Shown one piece after another: positions 9,701 through 16,799 of a stretch of DNA of 20,000 nt. The position numbers and the translations under genes are program-made. The notes under the pieces are model-generated. The model worked only from the letters and a program-made list of their open reading frames with translations, ran no database searches and had not been told where the DNA came from. Where the stretch lies: positions 51,925 through 71,924 of IMG/VR virus record IMGVR_UViG_3300044949_000816, one strand, 5' to 3'. Origin of the DNA: an uncultured virus (IMG/VR IMGVR_UViG_3300044949_000816) (lineage: Duplodnaviria; Heunggongvirae; Uroviricota; Caudoviricetes). How positions within the stretch are numbered: position 1 is the first letter of the stretch; the number at the start of each line of letters is the position of its first letter.

Positions 9701-12700
9701 TTGCCGACCAAGCACTGTTGACAATTTCTGTTCTGTTTTGTTGAATTAATCTGTAAGAATCTTTAAATCTTGAGAATCTTGTGGTTTGAACGTCATTTGG
9801 ATAGTAGAAATCTGGATGTGAAATTGCAATTGCAGCAAGAGACTTATCAATAATTTCCGTTCTATTCTTTTGAATTAAGTTAGCAGCATCTATGTAACGG
9901 TTATCTGCAGTTGCAATTATGGTAAATTCATATCCAAGATTTCCTGATGGATAGTATGCAGTAGAAGGACCACCACCACTATCACATTCCCAAACAAGAT
10001 TTTCTAACTTAATTTTTTTACCAGGTTCAATATATAAATGTGCTCCAGCAGTTGTTCCTAAACCAACCGCAGTTACTGTGGCAATACCAGTTGTACGATC
10101 ATAAGATGCTGTTGAGATACCGAAAATAGGAGTATAGAGTTTTGATACTTCTCCACCATATTGGTAAATGTGATCTAAAGTGGATTTTCCTACATTAACA
10201 ACAAATGTTTTTGTATCAAGTATATCTTGAACTGTAAATTCATATCCATAATTACCTGATGGATAAATTGCAGTTGATGGACCACCACCACTATTACATT
10301 CAAATACGAGATTCTGAAGTTTTACTCTATCTCCAGATGTAATTTTTAATGCTGTTGAAGTTTCTATAGTTGAAATTCCAGTTAATCTATCGTAAGAAGC
10401 AGTTACAACACCAACAGGGAATCCAGAAGATCCTGGAGTGCATGAATAAGTTAATCCTTGAACTTTTACTGGATCTTTTGTACTTAATCCATGATTAATT
10501 GCTGTTACTGTAGTAATACCAGTATTGGCATCATAAACAGCATTCACAACTGTTGTTCCTAATCCTACTGGATATCCACCCCAAGAACAATTATTGATAA
10601 CTGCTCTTGCAACATTGAATGAATAATCTAGAGTTGCTATAGTTTGCTTAACTTCTTCTGGATTTTTTAGAATTCCCGATTTTAAACTCCAATCATTATT
10701 ATAATATGCTTTACCAGCATCAATAGATCTAGAGTTTCCACCTCTAGTAATATCATGTATAATGCACTTCCAAATATCCGATACATCATCTGCACAATCA
10801 TTACTTTCTAAATTAACACCATATCTAACAGCAGGTGCATTTGATGTTGTTCCTGCACCAATCATATTAGTTACAATACCAACTAATTGTTTGATTGTTG
10901 TACCTACACCTACACATCCACCATTTACTTGAATAACGGAAAGATCCTTAACTTGAGAAACGCTATTTCCAATACCTTGATATGATATTGGTGGTGTTGT
11001 GTTATTAATCACATGAGTTGCAATTCCAGCAGCATAATCAAGTGCTGCGATTGTCGCTTCCGAAACACCAACACCTGTAATATGAATTAAACCACCAGAA
11101 CTATTAAAATATGAATATCCAGCACCAATTGATTTACGATTACTATTTGCTTTTAAATCATAAGAAATTGCTTGCATAATACTAACAACATCTTCTTTAC
11201 AATTAGTGTAACTACTAATTCCAAGAGTAAAATTATATCCAGATGGTGATGTTAAGAAACCAACTGCTTCTGCTGAAATATAATTTAAGTTCTTATCAAT
11301 TAATCTTGCGGCATCTTGTTCCCTATGACTTCCAGCAAATCCACTAAATCCACTGGTTAAGAACCCAACAGACTCTTTTGCAATATATCTTAAGTTAAAT
11401 CGAATCATTCTTGCAGCATCAAAGAATCTATCAGTAGCAACACCAAGTAAGGGTTGAAGAGCAACAACAGCAGCTCCATTTTTCATTGCTGGACCAATAA
11501 AACTTGCATCTGTAATATGACATCCATTATTTACATGGAACATATCTTGATTTAAGTTTTTCGGTGTAATTACACAGTTTCTAAGTTCTGTTCCTTCAAC
11601 AGAAACCGTTTTGGCAAGAATAATCGGGTTGTCTTCAATATAAGTTCCTGGGAATACTTTAATAGTGTCTCCAAATACTGCAACAGATGCGGCCGATTTA
11701 ATTGTTTTCTTTGGATAATTTTCTGCAAGGCCAGTATTATCATCATTACCGTTCATAGAAACATAAATCGTCCTTCCAACTGGTTTGTAAGATTGAATTT
11801 TAACCTTTCCTTTTCCAGGAATTTGTGATTCAAAAATGTCAATTCCAATTCCAGGAACAATTTGAGTTACAATTCCTACTAATGTTTCTCCATTACCATA
11901 ATAATTTGTAGCAGTTGCAGTTCCAACAACCGTCAAAGTATTAGTAATTGCACTTGTTCCAATACCAATACTTCCGGATGAAGGGTTGAATACTAATTTT
12001 TCAGAAGAAACAAATACTGTTGAAATGGATCCTGATTTTTCTGTTGAAAAACCTATGTAAGAAACAAAATTGTCTTCAGTATCTTTTAATTCTATAGAAA
12101 CTGAAGAACCCTGAATCCCTTGCATTCCTTGAACACCTTGGGATGCTTGAACACCTTGGGTTCCTTGTGTCCCCTGAGATCCTTGAAGACCTCTAGTTCC
12201 TTGTGTTCCCTGAGTGCCTTGTGTTCCCTGGACGCCAGTTCCTTGCAATCCTTGGAATCCTTGTGTTCCTTGGATACCCTGATTACCTTGAACACCTTGA
12301 GTTCCTGTTCCCTGAAGACCCTGAAGACCTTGGAATCCTTGTGTTCCTTGAATACCCTGTTTTCCTTGAGAACCTTGAGTTCCTTGTGTTGCTTGAACAC
12401 CTTGATTACCTTGAGTTCCTTGGAAATTACTTATAGGGCCTTGAATACCCTGTCTTCCTTGAGCACCTTGAGTTCCTTGAGCACCTTGAGTTCCTTGAGT
12501 ACCTTGTGTTGCTTGTGTTCCTTGTGTTGCTTGAACACCTTGAACACCTTGATCACCTTGAAGACCTTGTGTTCCTTGGAAGTTACTTATTTGCCCCTGG
12601 AGACCTTGGAGACCTTGGAGACCTTGGAATCCTTGTGTTCCTTGAGTTCCTTGAGTTCCTTGATTACCTTGAGTTCCTTGGAAATTACTTAGAGATCCTT

Positions 12701-15700
12701 GAAGTCCTTGATTACCTTGTGTTGCCTGAACACCTTGAGTTCCCTGAAGACCTTGATTACCTTGGAATCCTTGTGTTCCTTGAATACCCTGTCTTCCTTG
12801 AGAACCTTGTGTACCTTGAGTACCTTGAGTTCCTTGAGTTCCTTGAGTACCTTGTGTGCCTTGAGTTCCTTGTGTTGCTTGAACACCTTGATTTCCTTGA
12901 GTACCTTGGAAATTACTTATAGGACCTTGAACACCTTGAATACCTTGAACACCTTGAGTACCTTGGAAATTACTTAGAGATCCTTGAAGTCCTTGATGAC
13001 CCTGATTACCTTGAGCACCTTGGACTCCCTGATTACCTTGAGTCCCTTGGAAATTACTTATAGGACCTTGAACACCTTGAGTACCCTGAACACCTTGAGT
13101 ACCTTGAGTTCCTTGAACACCTTGATTACCTTGAGTCCCTTGGAAATTACTTATAGGACCTTGAACACCTTGAGTACCCTGAACACCTTGATTTCCTTGA
13201 ATTCCTTGATTGCCTTGTGTTCCTTGGGTTCCTTGGAAATTACTTATTGTTCCTTGAACACCTTGATCACCCTGAACACCTTGGAAACCTTGTGATCCCT
13301 GGTGTCCAACACCTTGAACACCTTGAGATCCTTGCGTTCCTTGGAATCCTTGTGTTCCTTGAACACCTTGATTACTTAAACCCTGAACACCTTGTGTTCC
13401 TTGGGATCCTTGGAATCCCTGTGTTCCCTGAATGCCTTGATTTCCTTGAGTTCCCTGAACACCCTGAACACCTTGATCACCTTGAAGACCTTGAACACCC
13501 TGGTTACTTAAACCTTGGACACCTTGAGTTCCTTGAGTTCCTTGATTTCCTTGTACTCCAGTTCCCTGCAATCCCTGCAATCCTTGGAATCCTTGTGTTC
13601 CTTGAATACCCTGTCTTCCTTGCGAACCTTGTGTACCTTGAGTTCCTTGAGTTCCTTGAGTTCCTTGTGTTCCTTGAATACCTTGTGTTCCTTGAATACC
13701 TTGAACACCCTGATTACCAGTTCTAGAAAATGTAAAACCAATTATTTCATTATTTGTTGGTGCTAGTCCACTAACCAACTCAACTGAAACAGTAGCAAAA
13801 TTAATACCTGAACTAACTGATAAAACTCTTAAAATTATTGTTCTTTGAACTAATGAAATAGCAGTAGAAGTTTGAAGTATGAGATACCCCTTAAAAGTAT
13901 CAGAAGAATCATCCCAAGTATCGTACCAATCAGAATTGTCATTTCCAAAAATATCTTCATTATCTATCCATAAAGTGGATAATCCTTCACTTAATGGATT
14001 CGCATTAAATCTAAATTTTCCGGTATTTAAAGTAGTTGAAGTAGGAGTGGATGTTAAAGAATCGTATTGATAAGATACTCCTCCACGACTACCAGTTAGA
14101 CCTTGAATACCTTGATTACCTTGGACTCCCTGATTACCTTGGGTTCCTTGGACTCCCTGTCTACCCTGCGTTCCTTGAGTTCCTTGTGTTGCTTGAACAC
14201 CTTGATTACCTTGAGTTCCTTGGAATCCTTGTGTTCCTTGCCTACCTTGAGTACCTTGTGTTGCTTGAACACCTTGATTACCTTGAGTTCCTTGGAATCC
14301 TTGTGTTCCTTGTCTACCCTGTGCCCCTTGAGAACCTTGGAATCCCTGAGATCCTCTAACTCCTTGGAAATTACTTATAGGACCTTGAGTACCTTGGACT
14401 CCCTGATTACCTTGTGTACCTTGAGTTCCTTGAGTACCTTGAGTTCCTTGAGTTCCTTGAGTTCCTTGAGTTCCTTGAGTTCCTTGAACACCCTGATTAC
14501 CTTGAGTTCCTTGGAAATTACTTAGAGATCCCTGAAGACCTTGAAACCCTTGAGTACCTTGTCTTCCTTGAGATCCTTGTGATCCTTGTGATCCTTGTGA
14601 TCCTTGAGCACCTTGATTACTTAATCCCTGAACACCTTGGGATCCTTGGGATCCTTGGGATCCTTGAGTTCCTTGGAAATTGCTTAGAGATCCCTGAAGA
14701 CCTTGAGAGCCTTGAGAACCTTGAGTTCCCTGCGATCCTTGTGATCCTTGAATACCTTGTCTTCCTTGTGAACCTTGAACACCTTGATTACTTAATCCTT
14801 GAACACCTTGAGTTCCTTGAGTTCCTTGATTACCTTGAGTTCCTTGGAAATTACTTAGAGATCCTTGAAGTCCTTGATTACCTTGTGTTGCCTGGACACC
14901 TTGGGTTCCTTGAATACCTTGCCTTCCTTGTGAACCTTGAACACCTTGATTGCCTTGAACACCTTGTCTTCCTTGTATTCCTTGAGTTCCTTGAATAGAC
15001 TCTCCTTGAAGTCCTTGTGTACCTTGAAAATTACTTATTGGGCCTTGAACACCCTGCAAACCCTGAGCACCTTGAAATCCTGGTATTCCCTGAACACCCT
15101 GTCTTCCTTGGATACCTTGTCTTCCTTGAGTTCCTTGGAAATTACTTATAGGACCTTGTGTACCTTGAAAATTACTTAATGTTCCTTGAATACCTTGATT
15201 ACTTAATCCCTGAGAACCTTGAGATCCTTGAGAACCTTGATTTCCCTGCGTTCCTTGCGTTCCTTGCGTTCCTTGAAATCCTACAGTACCTTGAGCACCT
15301 TGACCAACATAAAGTCCCGATAGACCTTGATTTCCTTGAGTTCCTTGGAAATTACTTATAGATCCTTGAATGCCTTGTCTACCTTGAGTTCCTTGAGATC
15401 CTTGAGATCCTTGAGATCCTTGAAGTCCTTGAATGCCTATAGAACCTTGTGTACCCTGATTTCCTTGAATTCCTATAGATCCTTGAGTTCCTTGAAATCC
15501 AATTTGCCCCTGAAGTCCTTGATTTCCCTGAGTTCCTTGGAAATTACTTATAGGACCTTGAGTTCCTTGGAAATTACTTATTTGTCCTTGGAGACCCTGA
15601 GTTCCTTGAGTAGAACCTATATAGGGCAATCCTGCCCAAGGAGTAGTGCCATTGCCAATTTTTAATCTACTAGTATCAACTTCAAGACCAACTTCACCTT

Positions 15701-15908
15701 CTAATAAAACTGGATTTTCGGCATTCCACTCAGATTGATTAGCATATTTTAATATAATATGCCCACCACTAAGTATACCATTTGAGATAGAAATTCCCGA
15801 ACCTACCCCACCACCACCTAATTGGCCAGTAACTATTAAATTTTCAACCTCAAGATCTGTTATATCTTCAGGTGGTCTATCTGCGTAGTAAATTTTAATT
15901 TTTGTCAT
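6762..15908 (-). CDS. Giant multidomain tail fibre/spike (3048 aa): Mtd-N-like anchor, two Gly-X-Gln collagen blocks, pectin-lyase-like beta-helix, phycobiliprotein-like helical modules and YD-x-x-TG beta modules
   Basis: EWNAENPVLLEGEVGLEVDTSRLKIGNGTTPWAGLPY (Mtd N-terminal/hyaluronidase-N type). IYVSMNGNDDNTG..PKKTIKSA..GDTIKVFPGTYIE is a beta-helix start, resuming at GPYVRNCT..SMSVDSYTQ-like TMSVDSYTQ. Uninterrupted 9.1-kb ORF. Confidence 0.88.
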   Translation of the reverse strand: MTKIKIYYADRPPEDITDLEVENLIVTGQLGGGGVGSGISISNGILSGGHIILKYANQSEWNAENPVLLEGEVGLEVDTSRLKIGNGTTPWAGLPYIGSTQGTQGLQGQISNFQGTQGPISNFQGTQGNQGLQGQIGFQGTQGSIGIQGNQGTQGSIGIQGLQGSQGSQGSQGTQGRQGIQGSISNFQGTQGNQGLSGLYVGQGAQGTVGFQGTQGTQGTQGNQGSQGSQGSQGLSNQGIQGTLSNFQGTQGPISNFQGTQGRQGIQGRQGVQGIPGFQGAQGLQGVQGPISNFQGTQGLQGESIQGTQGIQGRQGVQGNQGVQGSQGRQGIQGTQGVQATQGNQGLQGSLSNFQGTQGNQGTQGTQGVQGLSNQGVQGSQGRQGIQGSQGSQGTQGSQGSQGLQGSLSNFQGTQGSQGSQGSQGVQGLSNQGAQGSQGSQGSQGSQGRQGTQGFQGLQGSLSNFQGTQGNQGVQGTQGTQGTQGTQGTQGTQGTQGTQGNQGVQGTQGPISNFQGVRGSQGFQGSQGAQGRQGTQGFQGTQGNQGVQATQGTQGRQGTQGFQGTQGNQGVQATQGTQGTQGRQGVQGTQGNQGVQGNQGIQGLTGSRGGVSYQYDSLTSTPTSTTLNTGKFRFNANPLSEGLSTLWIDNEDIFGNDNSDWYDTWDDSSDTFKGYLILQTSTAISLVQRTIILRVLSVSSGINFATVSVELVSGLAPTNNEIIGFTFSRTGNQGVQGIQGTQGIQGTQGTQGTQGTQGTQGSQGRQGIQGTQGFQGLQGLQGTGVQGNQGTQGTQGVQGLSNQGVQGLQGDQGVQGVQGTQGNQGIQGTQGFQGSQGTQGVQGLSNQGVQGTQGFQGTQGSQGVQGVGHQGSQGFQGVQGDQGVQGTISNFQGTQGTQGNQGIQGNQGVQGTQGVQGPISNFQGTQGNQGVQGTQGTQGVQGTQGVQGPISNFQGTQGNQGVQGAQGNQGHQGLQGSLSNFQGTQGVQGIQGVQGPISNFQGTQGNQGVQATQGTQGTQGTQGTQGTQGTQGTQGSQGRQGIQGTQGFQGNQGLQGTQGVQATQGNQGLQGSLSNFQGTQGNQGTQGTQGTQGFQGLQGLQGLQGQISNFQGTQGLQGDQGVQGVQATQGTQATQGTQGTQGAQGTQGAQGRQGIQGPISNFQGTQGNQGVQATQGTQGSQGKQGIQGTQGFQGLQGLQGTGTQGVQGNQGIQGTQGFQGLQGTGVQGTQGTQGTQGTRGLQGSQGTQGTQGVQASQGVQGMQGIQGSSVSIELKDTEDNFVSYIGFSTEKSGSISTVFVSSEKLVFNPSSGSIGIGTSAITNTLTVVGTATATNYYGNGETLVGIVTQIVPGIGIDIFESQIPGKGKVKIQSYKPVGRTIYVSMNGNDDNTGLAENYPKKTIKSAASVAVFGDTIKVFPGTYIEDNPIILAKTVSVEGTELRNCVITPKNLNQDMFHVNNGCHITDASFIGPAMKNGAAVVALQPLLGVATDRFFDAARMIRFNLRYIAKESVGFLTSGFSGFAGSHREQDAARLIDKNLNYISAEAVGFLTSPSGYNFTLGISSYTNCKEDVVSIMQAISYDLKANSNRKSIGAGYSYFNSSGGLIHITGVGVSEATIAALDYAAGIATHVINNTTPPISYQGIGNSVSQVKDLSVIQVNGGCVGVGTTIKQLVGIVTNMIGAGTTSNAPAVRYGVNLESNDCADDVSDIWKCIIHDITRGGNSRSIDAGKAYYNNDWSLKSGILKNPEEVKQTIATLDYSFNVARAVINNCSWGGYPVGLGTTVVNAVYDANTGITTVTAINHGLSTKDPVKVQGLTYSCTPGSSGFPVGVVTASYDRLTGISTIETSTALKITSGDRVKLQNLVFECNSGGGPSTAIYPSGNYGYEFTVQDILDTKTFVVNVGKSTLDHIYQYGGEVSKLYTPIFGISTASYDRTTGIATVTAVGLGTTAGAHLYIEPGKKIKLENLVWECDSGGGPSTAYYPSGNLGYEFTIIATADNRYIDAANLIQKNRTEIIDKSLAAIAISHPDFYYPNDVQTTRFSRFKDSYRLIQQNRTEIVNSAWSATVAQYPGISGTQTKCKRDLGYFIDAVSTDIFTGGNSYSIAFVRQYFNNGAPISNGLVGEETESVYAFNQARNLMKQAITNQLTTKDLTLTADPVTGSNTSSSSCANVQSALDTLTSLITTVVSAGSLTSLNTIRNNPGIFVSGENKCRRDIGYIVDALVKDVKYGTNKHIREATRAYFNKNGAPISNGLVGEETQSVTAFNAVRDYAKKAITNQLNVKDLTISADPATGSNTSENSCADVKTNIDNLISILTTVISAGNLGSYPALYVSNKVKVNVGTSTLDHRYMYGGTLTSNYTTTTFPDGTFNYIFPVKSVVGPNTFEFVGGKTVLPHTYVSGGTVQKYTNFQNEFTQIKDLAMQVDPATGFNNVINSCADVTSAMKVCVGIVTSIIGIGSTAFSYVGFNTTYPGNRGKGFDSIVGVTSALYEETSGKTTIKAPGLLVKVGDLIEVRNLKFSCSSGGPVSTQLFPSGYYGYEFYVTKINSDDSFDVYTGISTIPHSYVSGGYVVNRSLEVTEAKYDNNTGIVTITAPGISVRTGDIVTLRDLEFACSSGAATTTLFPSGNNGYAFEVLSTTNERNTFTVNVGKTGIGHTYVVGGIVIPPYSKGVGPITQGPYVRNCTNFIGDSIGMKVDGFAAEPGDKEDIGVTGTMSVDSYTQYNQNGIGVSITNGAYTQLVSIFTICDDIGIFTKSGGQCDITNSNCSFGNYGLVSDGVGDYTSKSIYRYTGETVGTAEIETDTVTISGLGTQRPYDGQAIYFGELYYQVNAIKVTNGGNGYNPTNPPNVTIGFPEGPSGIRAEASANVDENGVITSIDVISNGSQYLNSPSVTITDFPGGSGVNATAEAVLYPLYYTITTATLPVNGTSTLVLTQNLNNTVGAGTTVYFSRLSLQIATSISLEWVGSGTNINTAKPALGGVTIQANEVDKRNGGQVVYTSTNQAGNFQIGDGVVINQLTGTITGRSFSQSLLNTVTPLIIALS
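12108..13718 (-). repeat. Collagen-like (Gly-X-Gln)n block 2 of the giant fibre (~535 aa)
   Basis: Continuous GXQ triplets with recurring ISNFQ/LSNFQ/LSNQ interruptions. Confidence 0.95.
14100..15608 (-). repeat. Collagen-like (Gly-X-Gln)n block 1 of the giant fibre (~500 aa)
   Basis: Continuous GXQ triplets with recurring GPISNFQ/GSLSNFQ interruptions. Confidence 0.95.
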
Positions 15909-15911
15909 TTT

Positions 15912-16799
15912 TTATGACCTGTTGTCGTAGTCCCAACCAGCAATTGAATATTCCGAATTGTCACCTGGATAATCTTTAGGAGTGTTTCCTTCATATTCAA
16001 CAATTAATTTTTCACCTAAACGATCAGCCCAGATTTGATAAAAACAATCTATAGATGTCCCATTTCCAGATTTAACAACTATTTGTTTACCCCATTGTAT
16101 TTTTTCAACAAATAAATCTTGACTATGCCCAATTTGTGTTAAATTTACACTAATAGTTTCTAAATCAACAAGACCATCCCAATAATCTGGAAGTTCAATA
16201 ATATTACTATTTACCAATCTTCCGCGAACATAAACTGCAGATTCTGGTCCTTCTACACAAATATGTCGTAAACGATGATTAGGTTTATTTGGGTGAGGAA
16301 TATCAAATCCTTTTTTGGAATTCACTACTGTTTGTAGGTTTCCTAGACCATCAACCATAACGACTCCTTTCAATCTAGTAACTGCACTATCAACAATTGT
16401 TACTGGAGAAACAATTTTATTGGCAGTTCCTGCGGTAAAAGTATTTTTACCTCCACTATTAATTGAAAGAGTTGCACCTTTAAAAGAAGTTACTGGTGAA
16501 GTGCAAAAAAATCCACTTCCTTTAATTTTACAATAACCATTAACAACTAATCCTCCAGTTTGAGTATGTAATCCTTTAAAGTTAGTAAATCCTTTACTTT
16601 CTATGGTAACAGGATTTGTTATATTAGGACCAACTGTTAATGCTGCTCCATCTATTCCAGATGCTGATCCAATGTAACATTCGTATATATTTGCTACTCC
16701 GCTTTTAAAAAAATTCGTTGGAATGTTTACGGCAGCACCGAATGTTCCACTCAAACATTCCAACATACCAAAAGCGTTACTATCTGCGTAATGTGTCAT
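15912..16799 (-). CDS. Baseplate hub/spike-associated protein with a C-terminal FDIPHP..LRH..EGPE domain
   Basis: Beta-strand-rich middle region, then KKGFDIPHPNKPNHRLRHICVEGPESAVYVRGRL..IELPDYW..LIVEYEG..DYPGD. This motif is recalled from cyanophage proteins near gp5 and from fibre C-termini. ATGA overlap with the upstream gene. Confidence 0.65.
   Translation of the reverse strand: MTHYADSNAFGMLECLSGTFGAAVNIPTNFFKSGVANIYECYIGSASGIDGAALTVGPNITNPVTIESKGFTNFKGLHTQTGGLVVNGYCKIKGSGFFCTSPVTSFKGATLSINSGGKNTFTAGTANKIVSPVTIVDSAVTRLKGVVMVDGLGNLQTVVNSKKGFDIPHPNKPNHRLRHICVEGPESAVYVRGRLVNSNIIELPDYWDGLVDLETISVNLTQIGHSQDLFVEKIQWGKQIVVKSGNGTSIDCFYQIWADRLGEKLIVEYEGNTPKDYPGDNSEYSIAGWDYDNRS

Noticed and set aside
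12108..15608. CRISPR-like array (recurrent ggaaattactta units)
   Set aside because: Spacing is irregular, the intervening sequence is itself repetitive, all units are in-frame coding (SNFQ), and there are no cas genes.
12092..15665. Many + strand and alternate-frame ORFs (LEFLE..., LSSLS..., FKVFK...) over the collagen blocks
   Set aside because: They are shadows of the 9-nt Gly-X-Gln codon periodicity, which lacks stops in other frames; no independent coding signal.
2815..15760. Diversity-generating retroelement, suggested by the Mtd-N-like domain and near-identical repeat pairs
   Set aside because: No reverse transcriptase in the window. The repeat pairs are both coding, and in the pair checked base by base they differ by synonymous, non-adenine-specific changes. 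Mtd-N is only an anchor domain.
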